Below, in pieces: positions 14,329 through 27,214 of a DNA stretch of 64,000 nt (its first letter is position 1; each line of letters starts with the position of its first letter). A program made the translations under genes and the position numbers. The notes under the pieces were generated by a model. The model was not told the DNA's origin and ran no database searches. It saw only the letters and a program-made list of their open reading frames with translations. Source of the DNA: Balanoglossus misakiensis (lineage: Eukaryota > Animalia > Hemichordata); the NCBI GenBank assembly GCA_040954595.2, contig CM082584.2, forward strand, positions 6,527,819 through 6,591,818, read 5' to 3'.

Positions 14329-14465
14329 ACGTCAATTGAGTCCAACACATCTGCCGGATCATTGCAACCTCTGATCATTCGAGGTCAAAGGCTCTCCTCA
14401 AAGATCTCATCCATACCGGAACTTGAGATTCCGTATGATGAAAACTGGGAGTTTCCGCGGAACAG
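14329..14465 (+). CDS. FGFR: FGFR exon: juxtamembrane to kinase start
   Basis: TSIESNTS...RLSS...ELEIPYDENWEFPRNR, the typical FGFR DxxWEFPR motif; AG/GT boundaries. Confidence 0.93.
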
Positions 14466-14532
14466 GTACAGTTTACTTTATATTTTAAAGACAATGATTT
14501 TCAAAGAATATGGAAAGCAATGGTTAGTTTTT

Positions 14533-14678
14533 AATATTTCCATCTGCGAGTACTTTATCAAAAATGCACTTATAGCTAGTTTCAAGAACTTTTGATAATC
14601 ATTTCAATATTTGTACCATCTGCGAGTATTTTATCAAAACTGCACTGGCTAGTTTCAAGAAATTTTGATAATCAATTC
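14533..14678. repeat. Intronic ~73-bp tandem duplication (2 diverged copies)
   Basis: aatattt..ccatctgcgagta.tttatcaaaa.tgcact..gctagtttcaagaa.ttttgataatca occurs twice in tandem. Confidence 0.75.
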
Positions 14679-14918
14679 TGATCGATATTTGTACCAGAAA
14701 GTGAATAAAAAGATGCTTGGAAGACAGTAATTTAATCAAAGGACCAGTATTAAAAAAAAACATTTTGAAAATTGTAAATTTGGAACACATTGTAAACGTT
14801 GTCAACTCTTTCTGAGTGTGAAAATGGACAGTTTGGACATTATGTTCAGATGTCCTATAAAGAGATTTGCAATAAGCAAATTGTTGTATTGTTCATCTAT
14901 TGTTTGAATTTTTTGCAG

Positions 14919-15043
14919 ACTGACGTTGGGGTCGACACTGGGAGAAGGAGCATTTGGTTTGGTTTTAGAAGCGACGGCGATCGGCATTATGAAGAAAGAA
15001 AGCAATACTACCAAGACAACTGTGGCTGTCAAAATGTTAAAAG
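14919..15043 (+). CDS. FGFR: FGFR kinase exon: glycine-rich loop and VAVK
   Basis: [18 protein letters not shown]...TTVAVKMLK; ttttgcag and G|GTAAAA boundaries. Confidence 0.95.
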
Positions 15044-16574
15044 GTAAAAAAACGTAACTTCTTGAATGCAAGAAAATTGTCCCATTGACATCCATTAGTC
15101 CGAAATAACCACACTAAAGCAATACTAATATGTCTTGGGTAGTTCTTTTTTTAGAAAGATTGCATTAAAATTCACTCCATTAGCTTTCTGGATTCAATTT
15201 TGTGTGGAATAGTTCTGAAAACCAACAAGAAGCTATAGCTACTTACAAAACGTGATTTTTAAGCAAATGAGCCATCCACTGTAATGTACGTGTCTCAGTT
15301 TCACAAGAGTTTTGGTTGCCACTAGATTTCAGATATTGTAAATTTGAGAAGATCTGAAATTTTTTTGATAACTGTTGATCATTTTCTGTGCTTTTCAAGA
15401 AAGAATAGTTTGAGCTTAATTGTACAGGTTTTGACTTTTAAAGACTTTTAAAGGGTTGTCATGATATTTTATGAATTGTTGTGCCATCTGTTTTAATTGT
15501 CGCAAATCGACGATACGGCAAAATCTGTGAACTGTACCCTTGAACTCTGTAAATCCATTCTCCTATCCTGAAAACCCAAAAGTAATGTTACAATATTTCC
15601 TGGACTGGTATCATTTTGAGTTTGGATCTTTCCAGCATTGAGTAAAATGTGGTTGTGATATATGCCTGTCTTGATGGCAAAAGCAGATGGGGATTGATTG
15701 TCATGGCAAATGGATATTGATCTGAGCTGAGCTGTCTTCTGTGACAAAATTCTTTCTTTCTGCCATAAAGTAGCTGACAATGTGACTTGCATTGTACTTC
15801 ATAACTCTTTCGGCTGCGTTTCATGTCCATTTCATCAGTGACCTCACCTGACCCCCAAGTCATTACATGCATCCCTTTTGTGTCATTTTGAGAGAAAAAT
15901 ACATGCACTGTACATTTTAACTGGGAAGGAAAACTTAGAGTGGTGGTATTTGCAGCATCAACCCTCCAAACAGGGATTGTTTTTTTAGTTCTTGCTTGAA
16001 AAAAAAACATACTAGGTTTTGCGAACCCGGCCACACCACACACCCCAGTATTCCCTGATACACTGCTGGCTTATTCACAAGAAGCCAAATTTGCAACCCC
16101 ATGCTATCGACATTTGACATTGAGGAAGGTAACTGGTAATGATTAAAAGTTTTTAACTTCTACTCATTGTATTCCCCATTATCCTAATTTCCCTATAAAT
16201 TGGCATATCAGTTCTGTCATTTTTTTGTCATTAAAAATTAATTGAAATGGGAGGTTATTGAATGCACAGAAACTATCAAAAGCTGAAAAAAACTATGTTC
16301 GCATATCTACATTGGGGACTTGTCTCGACTAGAATGGACCTAAAGGGTATAATGACTCATCGATTTGCCAAGTCATTTTATCCATCGAAAGTGCAAATGA
16401 TGTCTTCCATATTACAGCTGGTGTATTGGTTATATTAACATGAACCGTCACGTTATCATTAAATGTGACAAGGAGATTATTCCAATTAACACCTGGGACA
16501 GACTTATAAGTGTACTTGAGACCAAGCTAATTAGAGTTACTAACGCATTCTATTCTAATTCCATTCTGTTCCAG

Positions 16575-16685
16575 CTGATGGTACGGAGAGGGAGTTGAAC
16601 GACCTCATCTCGGAGATGGAGATGATGAAACAGATAGGGAAACACATCAATATTATCAATCTACTGGGCTGTTGTACCCAGGATG
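16575..16685 (+). CDS. FGFR: FGFR kinase exon: alphaC helix
   Basis: [36 protein letters not shown]; 111 nt; donor G|GTAAGT. Confidence 0.96.
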
Positions 16686-17394
16686 GTAAGTGTCATGTGG
16701 GCTTGTGTTCCCAGGTGGTGCTGGTGTTCCCAGGTGGTGTTGTCAAAGGTTTTCATGGAGTATAATTGAAAGGGACAGTGTCTTTAATTTCTGATGGTTG
16801 TATATTCAAAGTTTTGCTCTGTGTAGACAACTATAGTTTCTCGTTTAACTTGCTAAAGCTTATCAACAAAGTATGTATATTTTGAGAGTGCAATATTATT
16901 GTTGAAATTTGAATTTGAGTCTGTAATAAACAATTGTCAACAATAACATTGCTGGTTATATATCATTATGTAGGCCATATGATGACAAGCTCAATAATAC
17001 TGGTAAATCACTGAGTATCATATATTCAAAGACGGACGTTTGTATATTTTCTTGAAAATTGTTATCAACAAACAAAACGATTACAGTAATTTTGTTTTCG
17101 AGTGGAAATTGGTCCCTGAAGACATTTTGAGTGTAGGTCAGGCTTGCCAAGGTTCTCATGAAGAGAAACAAACAACTTAACTGTAGTGATGATCCAGTAG
17201 GACGGCTTCAGCTAATTTCGCTGATTTTCCATATTTTTGAAAGAAAATTGTCTCAAGCTTTGAAATTAGCCTGTTCGTTTCTTTCTCTCTTTCGATCTTG
17301 CAAATTTTTCACAAGAAATTCTCTGCATACTTCGAATTTCAATGTTTGTTAACTTACTTCTTTTCATAATTTCTTTCTCTTTTCCAACCCACAG

Positions 17395-17585
17395 GTCCTC
17401 TCCTAGTGATTGTGGAATATGCACCTCACGGTAACCTACGCGAATTTCTGCGATCTCGCCGACCGCAGAACCTGGAGTACGAAAATGCCGAATTACTGCC
17501 AAAAACAGAGATCTTATCAAATAAAGACTTAGTGTCATTTGCATATCAAATAGCCAGGGGAATGGCCTTTCTGTCGGTCAACAAG
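17395..17585 (+). CDS. FGFR: FGFR kinase exon: hinge and kinase insert
   Basis: [23 protein letters not shown]...[20 protein letters not shown]; 191 nt; donor AAG|GTAAGT. Confidence 0.96.
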
Positions 17586-17727
17586 GTAAGTGTTTGCTGT
17601 TTGCGCATATTTTTTTTGCAAGAAAATAAATTTAAGGGTTGGCTGACAACCGAGTTGATGTCACTATGAAATCATGATGCAATCCAAATAAGTTACATCA
17701 CTTATTAATCAGTTTCTTTTTTTACAG

Positions 17728-17850
17728 TGCGTTCACAGAGACTTGGCTGCCAGAAATGTGCTGGTTGGCACGGATTACGTCATGAAAATTGCAGATTTCG
17801 GTCTTGCAAGAGATGTGCATTATATAGATTATTATAGGAAAAATACCAAT
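17728..17850 (+). CDS. FGFR: FGFR kinase exon: catalytic loop and activation loop
   Basis: [13 protein letters not shown]...[23 protein letters not shown]; 123 nt. Confidence 0.97.
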
Positions 17851-18146
17851 GTAAGTGTTGAGAAAGTTTCGTGTTGGTACAATTTGTTCATGAATTGTGT
17901 GCTTTGTAAACTCTAAAATTGTTTGTTGATGTGAATTTTTGTTAATTGGACGTTAGCTTGTAGTACGTACTAGTCCATGGAAATTTCAGTGACTCCAGTA
18001 GTTCCCAGTGGATTTTTCACCAGAGAAAGAAATATTTAAATAATTCTTTAAAGACAGTGACAATATTTTTCTTACGCTTTCTTAACTCTTTCTTAACCAA
18101 TACACTATTCTCCCCCCCCCCCCCCCCCTGTTTCGCCATTGTTCAG

Positions 18147-18355
18147 GGTCAAGTACCAGTCAAATGGATGTCGCCCGAAGCCCTGTTTGACAGGATCTAT
18201 ACGATACAGAGTGACGTGTGGTCGTTCGGAATTCTTCTCTGGGAAATCATGACATTGGGCGGTTCACCGTATCCAAGTCTTCCAGTGGAAATGCTCTTTG
18301 ATTTTCTCAAGGCCGGAAAGAGGATGGAACAGCCACATAGCTGTTCAAATGAAGT
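18147..18355 (+). CDS. FGFR: FGFR kinase exon: subdomains VIII-X
   Basis: [43 protein letters not shown]...PHSCSNE; 209 nt. Confidence 0.96.
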
Positions 18356-19115
18356 GTAAGTGATATTGGACTATACGTATGGAGGGGCAGGGGATTTGGG
18401 AGGGAGGGAGGGGGGCAAGAGGTTGTAATAGCCGCATGGCTGTTGAACTGAAGTGTAAGTGTCAGGTTATTATATGTATGCAAGGGCAGTGGGTTTGAGA
18501 GAGAGAGAGAGAGAGAGAAAAAAAAAATCTAAAGAATTTGTGTGATTGGTGCAGTGAAATTCCAGACAATCAATAAAATTGATGATGTCTGTAAGTTCTG
18601 ATAGGTTTAGTATCGTAAAATGATATTGAAGTATTTCTTGGAAAATGAGAGTTCTCCTTTCACCAGTTTGCAATGAAGTCAGTCTCTGTGAAGGTGTTCC
18701 TTTTTGATTGGTTTGTCATTCTTTAATTACAAGGTCATAATTTAGGTGATGGCTTGAGCGTAATAAAAAATGTTGAAGTGTTCATAGGAAATGGAATTTC
18801 TCCTTTCAGTTGGTTGAAAGTGGAGGTAATTTCAGTGAAAGTGTTGTTTTTGATGGGCTGTTAGTAACCTAGGTTACGAGGTCAAAAGTCATTGATCAAG
18901 TGATAGGCATGATTTTCTGAGATCGATTTCTGTCTTAAAATAAACACCTCCGTCCATCAACATTGTAGGTACACGTATCTTCTAATAGCATGCCAAAAGA
19001 ATAATATTCTTTATTAAGTGCATGTGCAAGCAAATTTAGTAAATCTTTTCTCTGTGTATTCTCATGCACTTATTGTCTGAAAGTTGATAATTTTTACAAA
19101 TTTTCTCCATTAAAG

Positions 19116-19221
19116 ATACTCGATGATGCGAGAGTGTTGGAGGACGTCACCAAACCAAAGACCAAACTTCAACCAGCTTGTGCAAACCCTGGATGGTCTC
19201 CTGACCCAGTCCAGTATTCAG
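19116..19221 (+). CDS. FGFR: FGFR kinase exon: subdomain XI
   Basis: [35 protein letters not shown]; 106 nt; phase 2-0. Confidence 0.94.
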
Positions 19222-19681
19222 GTAAAAATGAAGTTGATGTAGAGCATTAATTCACTCACTATATTTTTGGTACAGTATGTTTTATTATCCCTTTGTTCCA
19301 GCTATACCTTTTGAATCGGCTCGTACTGAAATGAAAAAATAAATAAAAATAATATGACTATTGATGAATATGATTGCCATTCAAAAAAAGTTTTGATTGC
19401 TGTGAAAATTATGCATGTGGAGATTGTATCCAAAATGACCTGTGCTGTTTTTTCTCAACAAAACTGGCTTCCGTTGGATGCTAGCTGATCTGCAGACAAG
19501 TTGAAAAACTTACCAGAACCCTTTTGTTGGATCGAAGATGATATCCGAACGCCCTAACCTTTTGAGTTCCATAAAATATACGATTGTGTTTAATGGCTGT
19601 CACCCAGCTGCTGGGTTGACTTAGGTCGCAATATGGCGGCGATCATAAAATGTGTGTGACTGTATTCCTTGATTCTTGCAG

Positions 19682-19849
19682 GACTATCTGTCGCTGGATG
19701 CTATTGGTGATGGACCGGAGGTCATGGTTGACTGTGACACCAGCAGAGTTGAAAGTACAGATAGTGAGAGTCAGAATAATTCAAGTAGTCGTGGCAGTTC
19801 GTACTTTGGAGAACGGCCAAGGACGAGGCTCAAAGAATTGTCCGTCTGA
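19682..19849 (+). CDS. FGFR: FGFR terminal coding exon
   Basis: Starts DYLSL, equivalent to the FGFR1 Y766 EYLDL PLC-gamma site, and ends ...RLKELSV-TGA; acceptor ttcttgcag. Confidence 0.9.
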   Translation, partial: DYLSLDAIGDGPEVMVDCDTSRVESTDSESQNNSSSRGSSYFGERPRTRLKELSV

Positions 19850-20421
19850 AAGATACCAGAACAAAAATTTATATTTAACGCTGCCAAAATTGAATGAAAT
19901 GCAAACACACCCACCTGTGAAACTTTGAGGGAGACAGTTTTATAAATTTACATATTACTATTATGTGCTGTGCACATTTACCAGTGGAGAACATATATAT
20001 CCCTTTTGTCTTTAGTGTATTGTTGATTATTATCAGGAATCTGCAGTGATGTTGCAGATTTTTGAGCGGACTTCCGGATTTGTCCTGGACTGGCTGGTCT
20101 GGACTTACTTGGGGAGAAAAAGAAGATGGTCTGGATGGTGATTGTAGTCACATTCTGATTGCTGCGATGGAGTTATTTTTGTGTGATCTGCAGAAGACTA
20201 AAAGTTTTTAACTTCTGTGCGGACTTCAAGACATGCAGCCGTCAAAGGCTGATCTGGACTTACAAGCCCACGGATAAAACAACGACGGTGAAGTTTTCAC
20301 ATTGATATTCACACAATGGTTCAATTGTGTACTACATGCAGAGAATTCAGATGAAAACTCTGTGTTCAAGTACTGGAACACAAGATTTTGTGGCAATTTT
20401 ACGAACACCGGTATGGAAGTT

Positions 20422-20751
<330 letters not shown>

Positions 20752-23700
20752 CTCAGGATGGAGATCGAATCCAGTGAATGAATTCTGCTTTGTGTTGGTG
20801 GGACCAAATATTTATAAAAATTCCTGGTACTTCTCTTTCTCAGTAATTAGTTTAGTATAGAAACTCTACAGCTGCTACCAAAGACAGCAGTTGGTATAAT
20901 GTACGTGTACAATTAACTGATACTGTTTTAATTGTTGGAAAATCGCGTAGTTGTATCGAGTTGTATCTTGGAAGAGATGAAGTTACAAAGTTCATCTGCT
21001 ACATCGCGTCCAAGACATGAGGTCCTCATACGAATTCACTGCCTGATCAGACAGGCAACCCTCTCAAGAAAGTGTCAGTCTACAAGTCATGGTGCCGAAA
21101 CCTCTATTTATTGCAGTGGTTCAATGCCAAAATGTCAATTAATAACTACGCAGTTTACAGAATGCAAATACCAAAGAAATCAACCCCTCTCAAAGCAAAG
21201 GATGGTGAGAGTGCCCCTGCTGATCAACAAAAGCCCAGTTCAAATATATGTATTAAAAATAAACAGGCTAGGGGTGCTTAAACTGGTCAATCTTTAGTAG
21301 CCTAGGGAAGCATTTGACTTTATGATTTACTACATTGTAAAAATCAAGAAAAGCTACAAATCAATGTTTGTAAAGAGAGAAGGATATATTACTGGCTGCA
21401 GGCTCTTCATATTCATGTCAATATATCATTTATGAATGAAAAATTAATGTACATTCTAAACTTTCATATACTCCAGTTATTAAACTGACTTATACAAGAG
21501 ACAGTTTTTCTTCACTAGGTAAAACGATACAATTATAAAAAAAGTACAATTTTCCAAAGTGAGATGTTATTTTTAACAAAGTGTATTTACTATCCAATTG
21601 AAAAAGACAGTCACTATTTTTGTAAAACTGTAAGATAGCATTTATATACAACCTCTGGGAGTAGATTAGTGGTTTAGCTTATTTTTTTCTAGAGACCTGT
21701 AGGAAAGTGTTAGGGTTGGATAGGGGACAGCAGATCTGTTCTAAAGGTTAAAGTGCAAAAGTCAAATGTCATGGAAAGTTGTCTACAGTAGTTCTTCATC
21801 AACGTCGCCGTTTTCAGAAGAAATTCATCGTCATTGTCCTTTTATATAGCAATTTTATATTCCGATAAATGCCGGAAAAAAATGAATAAACTGATAATGG
21901 TTTCTCATCCCATATTCTCACTGATGACTTGTTTGTTTGGATTCTTTTTGCATATAGCTGCCGCAACTAAGAGAAACATGAATACAGCTGATTGTCCATA
22001 AAAAAACATTGCATGCATTTACATCAGAAATATTTTATAGACCCCAAAATTGCCCACATTTAAATTTGTTCCATTTGTCTCTGGCTGAGTTGAAAATTCA
22101 TGATTTTCCTACACAGGGTTGCATGTTATTACGCCGTTATAAATTACAAGTCTTCACAACACTTCAACTGATATAATGAACCGCGAAAGGGGCTTCTTAG
22201 ATTCGGCAACATTAGTTTGGAAAAAAATCAATTATTTGATCCTGACTCATTTTGCGATAACCCTGATAACCTTGCTTCCCTGTATAAAGATCCAATTTTA
22301 TCATAGAAATGAAACAATAAGAATACATCACAGAGCATGGCGGTGAAGCGGTTTATTATAAACCAACCATGTTGCCTGCATTATTATTTTTGATTGTGCA
22401 GTTATTCTGTAAACAAAAATAAGCAAAAATGTGTGAGATTTGGGATGAGGAATCATTTTCTTGTTTATCTGTTTTTTTTGTTTGGTATTACTGATTCTCA
22501 CTACCGCAAAGACTGGTGTATCTAGTAACATTTGCTGAGCTTTCTGGGAGATGAAGCGAGGCAGAGTAAAGTGTCTTTCAATTCTCATCCCTCTTCTGGT
22601 TGTTTAGTGTATAGGTGGCGCTGTTGTGAATTTCAGAACAACAAGGTCTTTAGAATCATACCGTTCTTAGTCATTCTCGAGAGATTTGCACATTGTGATG
22701 TTATAGACGTATTTACAAGGTTCATGTTTTACGGACACACAAACCTCTTCAAAAATGTTGAATGTGCACTGGTACAAAAGACAAAGACAAGGGCATTTAG
22801 AAATCACAATCCTTTAAAAGTGAGTAGTTTTTTATCGGGTCAGTGCTACAAGACAACAAAGATGTCCTCGCCCGATCGCCCATATTATATCTTTGCCAGA
22901 TTGTCAATTCATGTCGGAATCACTCTTGCCAAAATTAGTCTGGGCTACCCCCAACCTTGGATGCAAATTCACCCAATCTAGTTCCATTCACAAGCACTGC
23001 AGCAAGTATCATCATCCTAAAATGCTAGCTGGTACAATTATCTCACCAGGATTCACTCAAGACTGAGCAAAACAAATTTTGCAGAAGGTCTGTATGTGAC
23101 CTTGTAGTAAATGCCATCACCCCTTTAGATTCCCAGCATGTGCAAATGAAGTGATATCGAAGCTTTTTCCTAAACATGAAGTCATGAATGAAAGAAGACG
23201 TGAATTCTCACGCATCCGTGTATTACGTAATGCACTCTCGATGGAGCATAATATCCATACCTGAAGTTTCTTTCTCTCATTTGATCATATTTTGTGGAAT
23301 AAACCAAGATACCCTTTCTATTTTTGGAATATCAATAGCAGACATGTTGTTTGTCATTGGCTGAAAGTAGCCATGGATCTTCCCTGTTTCTGAGCCATGG
23401 CTCGTGTGAAAAATATCATGAAGTGATGTGTGTATATTAATATTTCGGCAATTTCGAACTGAGTGATGTGTACATGCAAAAACAGTTTGTGTGATAGCTA
23501 GTGCAGTGTTATAGCATCACGCACAGTACATCAGGTGCTCATAAATGTTGCATGTGTGATCTTGTGGCCGTTTATCACTGTCAATCATTAGGGCCCTCTA
23601 GCGCCATGAATAAAAACAAATACAACTGTAATCATGACTATACTAAGTTGCACATCTTCATTTCACATTCTTGATCCCATTAACCCTATTACGTACTGTC

Positions 23701-24548
23701 AAATGGCAAGTGCAAAAACAGGCAGGCGGAAACTGGAATTGCCCCGCAAAGTGCAAGATTTCAGAATAATCCATTTGCAGGATGGTTCATCTTTAAAGAG
23801 GTCCATTTTCAAGTCAGCTTTTTAGAGAGGCAATGACTCCATCAGTTCTCTATAGTGCATCAAATTTTAAGTACAGTAATCTCCCACAGTTATTTATGAA
23901 CTTCGTTGGCATTTAAACTTCATAAGTATAGGTGGCTATAGTACTGTAGCAGTCATACCTGTAGCATCAGGAACAACTGAATATTTAATATACCCCATAG
24001 CCACACGTACGTGTAGTTCTGTTGCACTGTAATACTAAATATTTTGTAAATCTAAGATTGTTAAAAATCACCTTTATTTTTAAAGTAATAAACACATCAT
24101 GTAAAATTGGAGATTTGTTTTGGAAATAAAGTCAAAGAGTACTACATATTAGCTTGCATTTGTTCATCTGTTCGCACTGAAACTCTGTTGAGGAATTGAA
24201 TTTGAGTTTGGAGATACGAGATGATAGTTGAGAGAGTGCAGGGTGGAGTTTATATGCATACTGTTGTGTAGAGTTCCAAAGCTGAACTCAGAGATATTGT
24301 GAAGCAAGAAACTATTGTGGAATGAAAGTTCATGGATGTTAGAGATAATTGTTGAGTGAGAGTTTTTAGAGATGTTTCAGAGATAATTGTGGAAGGATGC
24401 TAGAGATGATGCGTCTGGGACGAGAGTTCAATGGTATTGTGGGATGGACATTCAGTAAATACTATGTATAGGAAAAAGCCAAATGCACATTTATGCAATT
24501 ATAAGACTTAGTGTAATGATCCCCTGAACCACCTGTTGATATCTTGCA

Positions 24549-24641
24549 TTAACCCTTTCACCCCGATTTTCCTCTATAGAGGTCCAACCTTACCATAGAA
24601 AACAATGGGTTTGGACCAAACCATGGCAGTGAAAGGGTTAA
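24549..24641. mobile_element. Tiny piggyBac-type MITE
   Basis: TTAA-CCCTTTCAC ... GTGAAAGGG-TTAA: TTAA target duplication with CCC/GGG termini; 85-bp body. Confidence 0.75.
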
Positions 24642-27214
24642 AGTAAAGCGCAGTGTTGGGAGGGACCTCATGTGGCGACTAAATTGGCTTGATTTGTATC
24701 AGCACAATTACAACGAGGTATACTTCATTAAACAGCAGCGTGTGTATACATGTGCCATGTCTGTATTGTAATTATACTCCATCCCTTCTGAATTAAGTGT
24801 GTGGTCTCCATGGTAATGTCTGACTTCATCAAGGTCAAAGTTGTTCGTTGCCAACTGATGTGACTGATTATAGAAACTGTGTGACTTCTCTCCATTGCTA
24901 TTCATGGAAAGAAACTTAATTGTCGCACAAGGACCATCAGTGTTTGCCAAACTCCATCAATTCCATCAGAAGCAATACTTAATCTTCGGAACCAAACTGC
25001 AAGGTCGTGCCTAGCTAAGAAACGCCAACAGCAGATCCGAAAGAAAGATTGATTTAATTTCTGATAAAGTAAAGTCACTGTTGGGCAAATCTGCGATTGA
25101 TCATGTCCCTGTTTCTAAGCCAATCTGATTTCGTGACGTGACACCCAGTGACTCTCTATACCAGAGAGTGATAGCGGTTCCCTAGGTGATATGCAAATCG
25201 GGTGCGCTGAATAATACGTCATTACTACCAAGGACCAAACGGGACCAGGGAAGGTCACAGAGACGACTGCGGGCTTCAGTGGAAAATCATCGTAAACATC
25301 CTGTGTACACGTATCATTTTACTATTGAAAAGAAAGATTCCAGGAAAAAAACACTCGAGAAAAAATTACCAGAAGTATCATACTTCATTACTTTTCAAAG
25401 AAAGTGCAGAGGTCATTTGCAAATACAACTCTTCGTCTGTCAAATTATAAAAGGAGGGTGACACACGACAACAACCCGGCTTGTTTTCTGGGTGTCTTAA
25501 TTTCCGGAAATTATCCACTGAGTATTCCGGTACGACCAGAAGCAATTGACATGGAGCTGTTTTTCGTCTTTCCTTGACAGGTGTGGAATTACACTTTTCA
25601 AATCTAGAAATCACCTTGACATATTGCCTGCATACTTCTGTGTTTTTATCCTCAGTCTGATTTCTCAGCAGATGCTGAAATGTTGATTGCTTTTTCCCCA
25701 AACATCTTAGCCACTCCAGTAAATCTAATAAGTGGTAGCTGTACGGGCGGGCGTGCACAAGTGTTTCATTTTCTTGGGTACAATTGGTGTCTAACTTTTC
25801 CATCAAAAGAGGGCAAATTAATGCGTATACTTGCTATTACAAGTTCAGAGCTATTCGCATCTGCGGGCGAGCAATTTCAATTATGCTGTGTCAAGTAAAG
25901 TTCTTGACTTTTTTTAAACCGCTGATGACTGACAGCTGGTAAGGAGATCGGTAGAAGGAACTTAATGCTGTCTTTAATAAACGACAGCTGAGCTTTACTG
26001 AATACACCTTGAAATTCAAGTATCTACACTTACTTTTTTTCTCTGAGAATAAGAATTTATTGGGTGTCGGATATTTGCATATTCATTAATCATGCAAATT
26101 AAATAAACGTGCTCATTTGCTTACTGATATACAAATGTACATAAATAGTATCAACGTTTTACATCGAAAGTTGTAACTATAAATTAACACTAAGTCTTGG
26201 CGCTGGCTATCGTTTTGTGTTAGACGGTATCATTGATGCACGGAGAAAGTTGAAATTCGAGCAGGAATGTTTTCAATGTTGAATTAATGGATTTTGATTA
26301 ATCACTTTCAATAGTTCACAGATTGATAATCTAGCAAATAGCAAAATATGCCTATTTCTGAATCATCATTTTAGGTTCAAATTGAAAGAAGAGATCAGAT
26401 AGTCGGATTAGCTCAGATTGCCTCCAAGAAATTGAATTTGAGCACTGTTGCCATGGATACTGCAGATGATGGCCGTGCTTCCACAGATAAAAGGTCAATA
26501 GGTATGTGGTGGTTCCGTGCGTATAGCCACTGGTGAAGTCGGAGTCCGCCTGGTACTTCAGGTGAGTCCCACAGAGTGAATTTGTTCCATCAAATTGGCG
26601 CATACTACAGAAGGGAGTGAAGAAAGGAGTAAGCCAGGGTTGCACAGGGATCTTTAGACATTTTCATCATCCTCGCGTTTTGAATCCTTTTTACAGTTAA
26701 CAAGAGAAGATGACCGTGAACATGGCAATGTGAAAGTATGACCATGGAAGATCAATCATCCGACTGACTGAACACATGAATGCGTGCATGTGTTCATACA
26801 CCTTGAATAATTTCTGTAAAGTATTTCAATAATGACGAATTGCCTCAATTTGGGAAATGAGATTGTCCGATTCGTTGTGTTCAGAATCCAAGATGAATAT
26901 AATAAGAAATGATATGAATTAAACTTGACAATATGACGTCCGTTTGGGGGAAAAACGTGTTTCACAGTGTTTTATGTAGCTTGCGAGGCCGGTTCGTGAC
27001 ACTGGGTTTATTTGTTTGCACGAATTGCTTGGTCAAATAATTTTACGCCAAAGACTATGCTACTGGAAAGCTCTTTTTTCTGGATTATATACTTCTTTGT
27101 CATCAAAATCAGTAGTACGGGAAGTATGTTTGTTTTGCGTTTAAAGTGACGCATTTGCGAAAGTTAACTTGAAAAATTCACGCCAACTGCCAGTGGTCAT
27201 AATCTAAGATGTGT

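Noticed and set aside
24180-24460. Purine-rich degenerate repeat (gagataattgt...)
   Set aside because: Too decayed to define a unit by eye; probably an old minisatellite.
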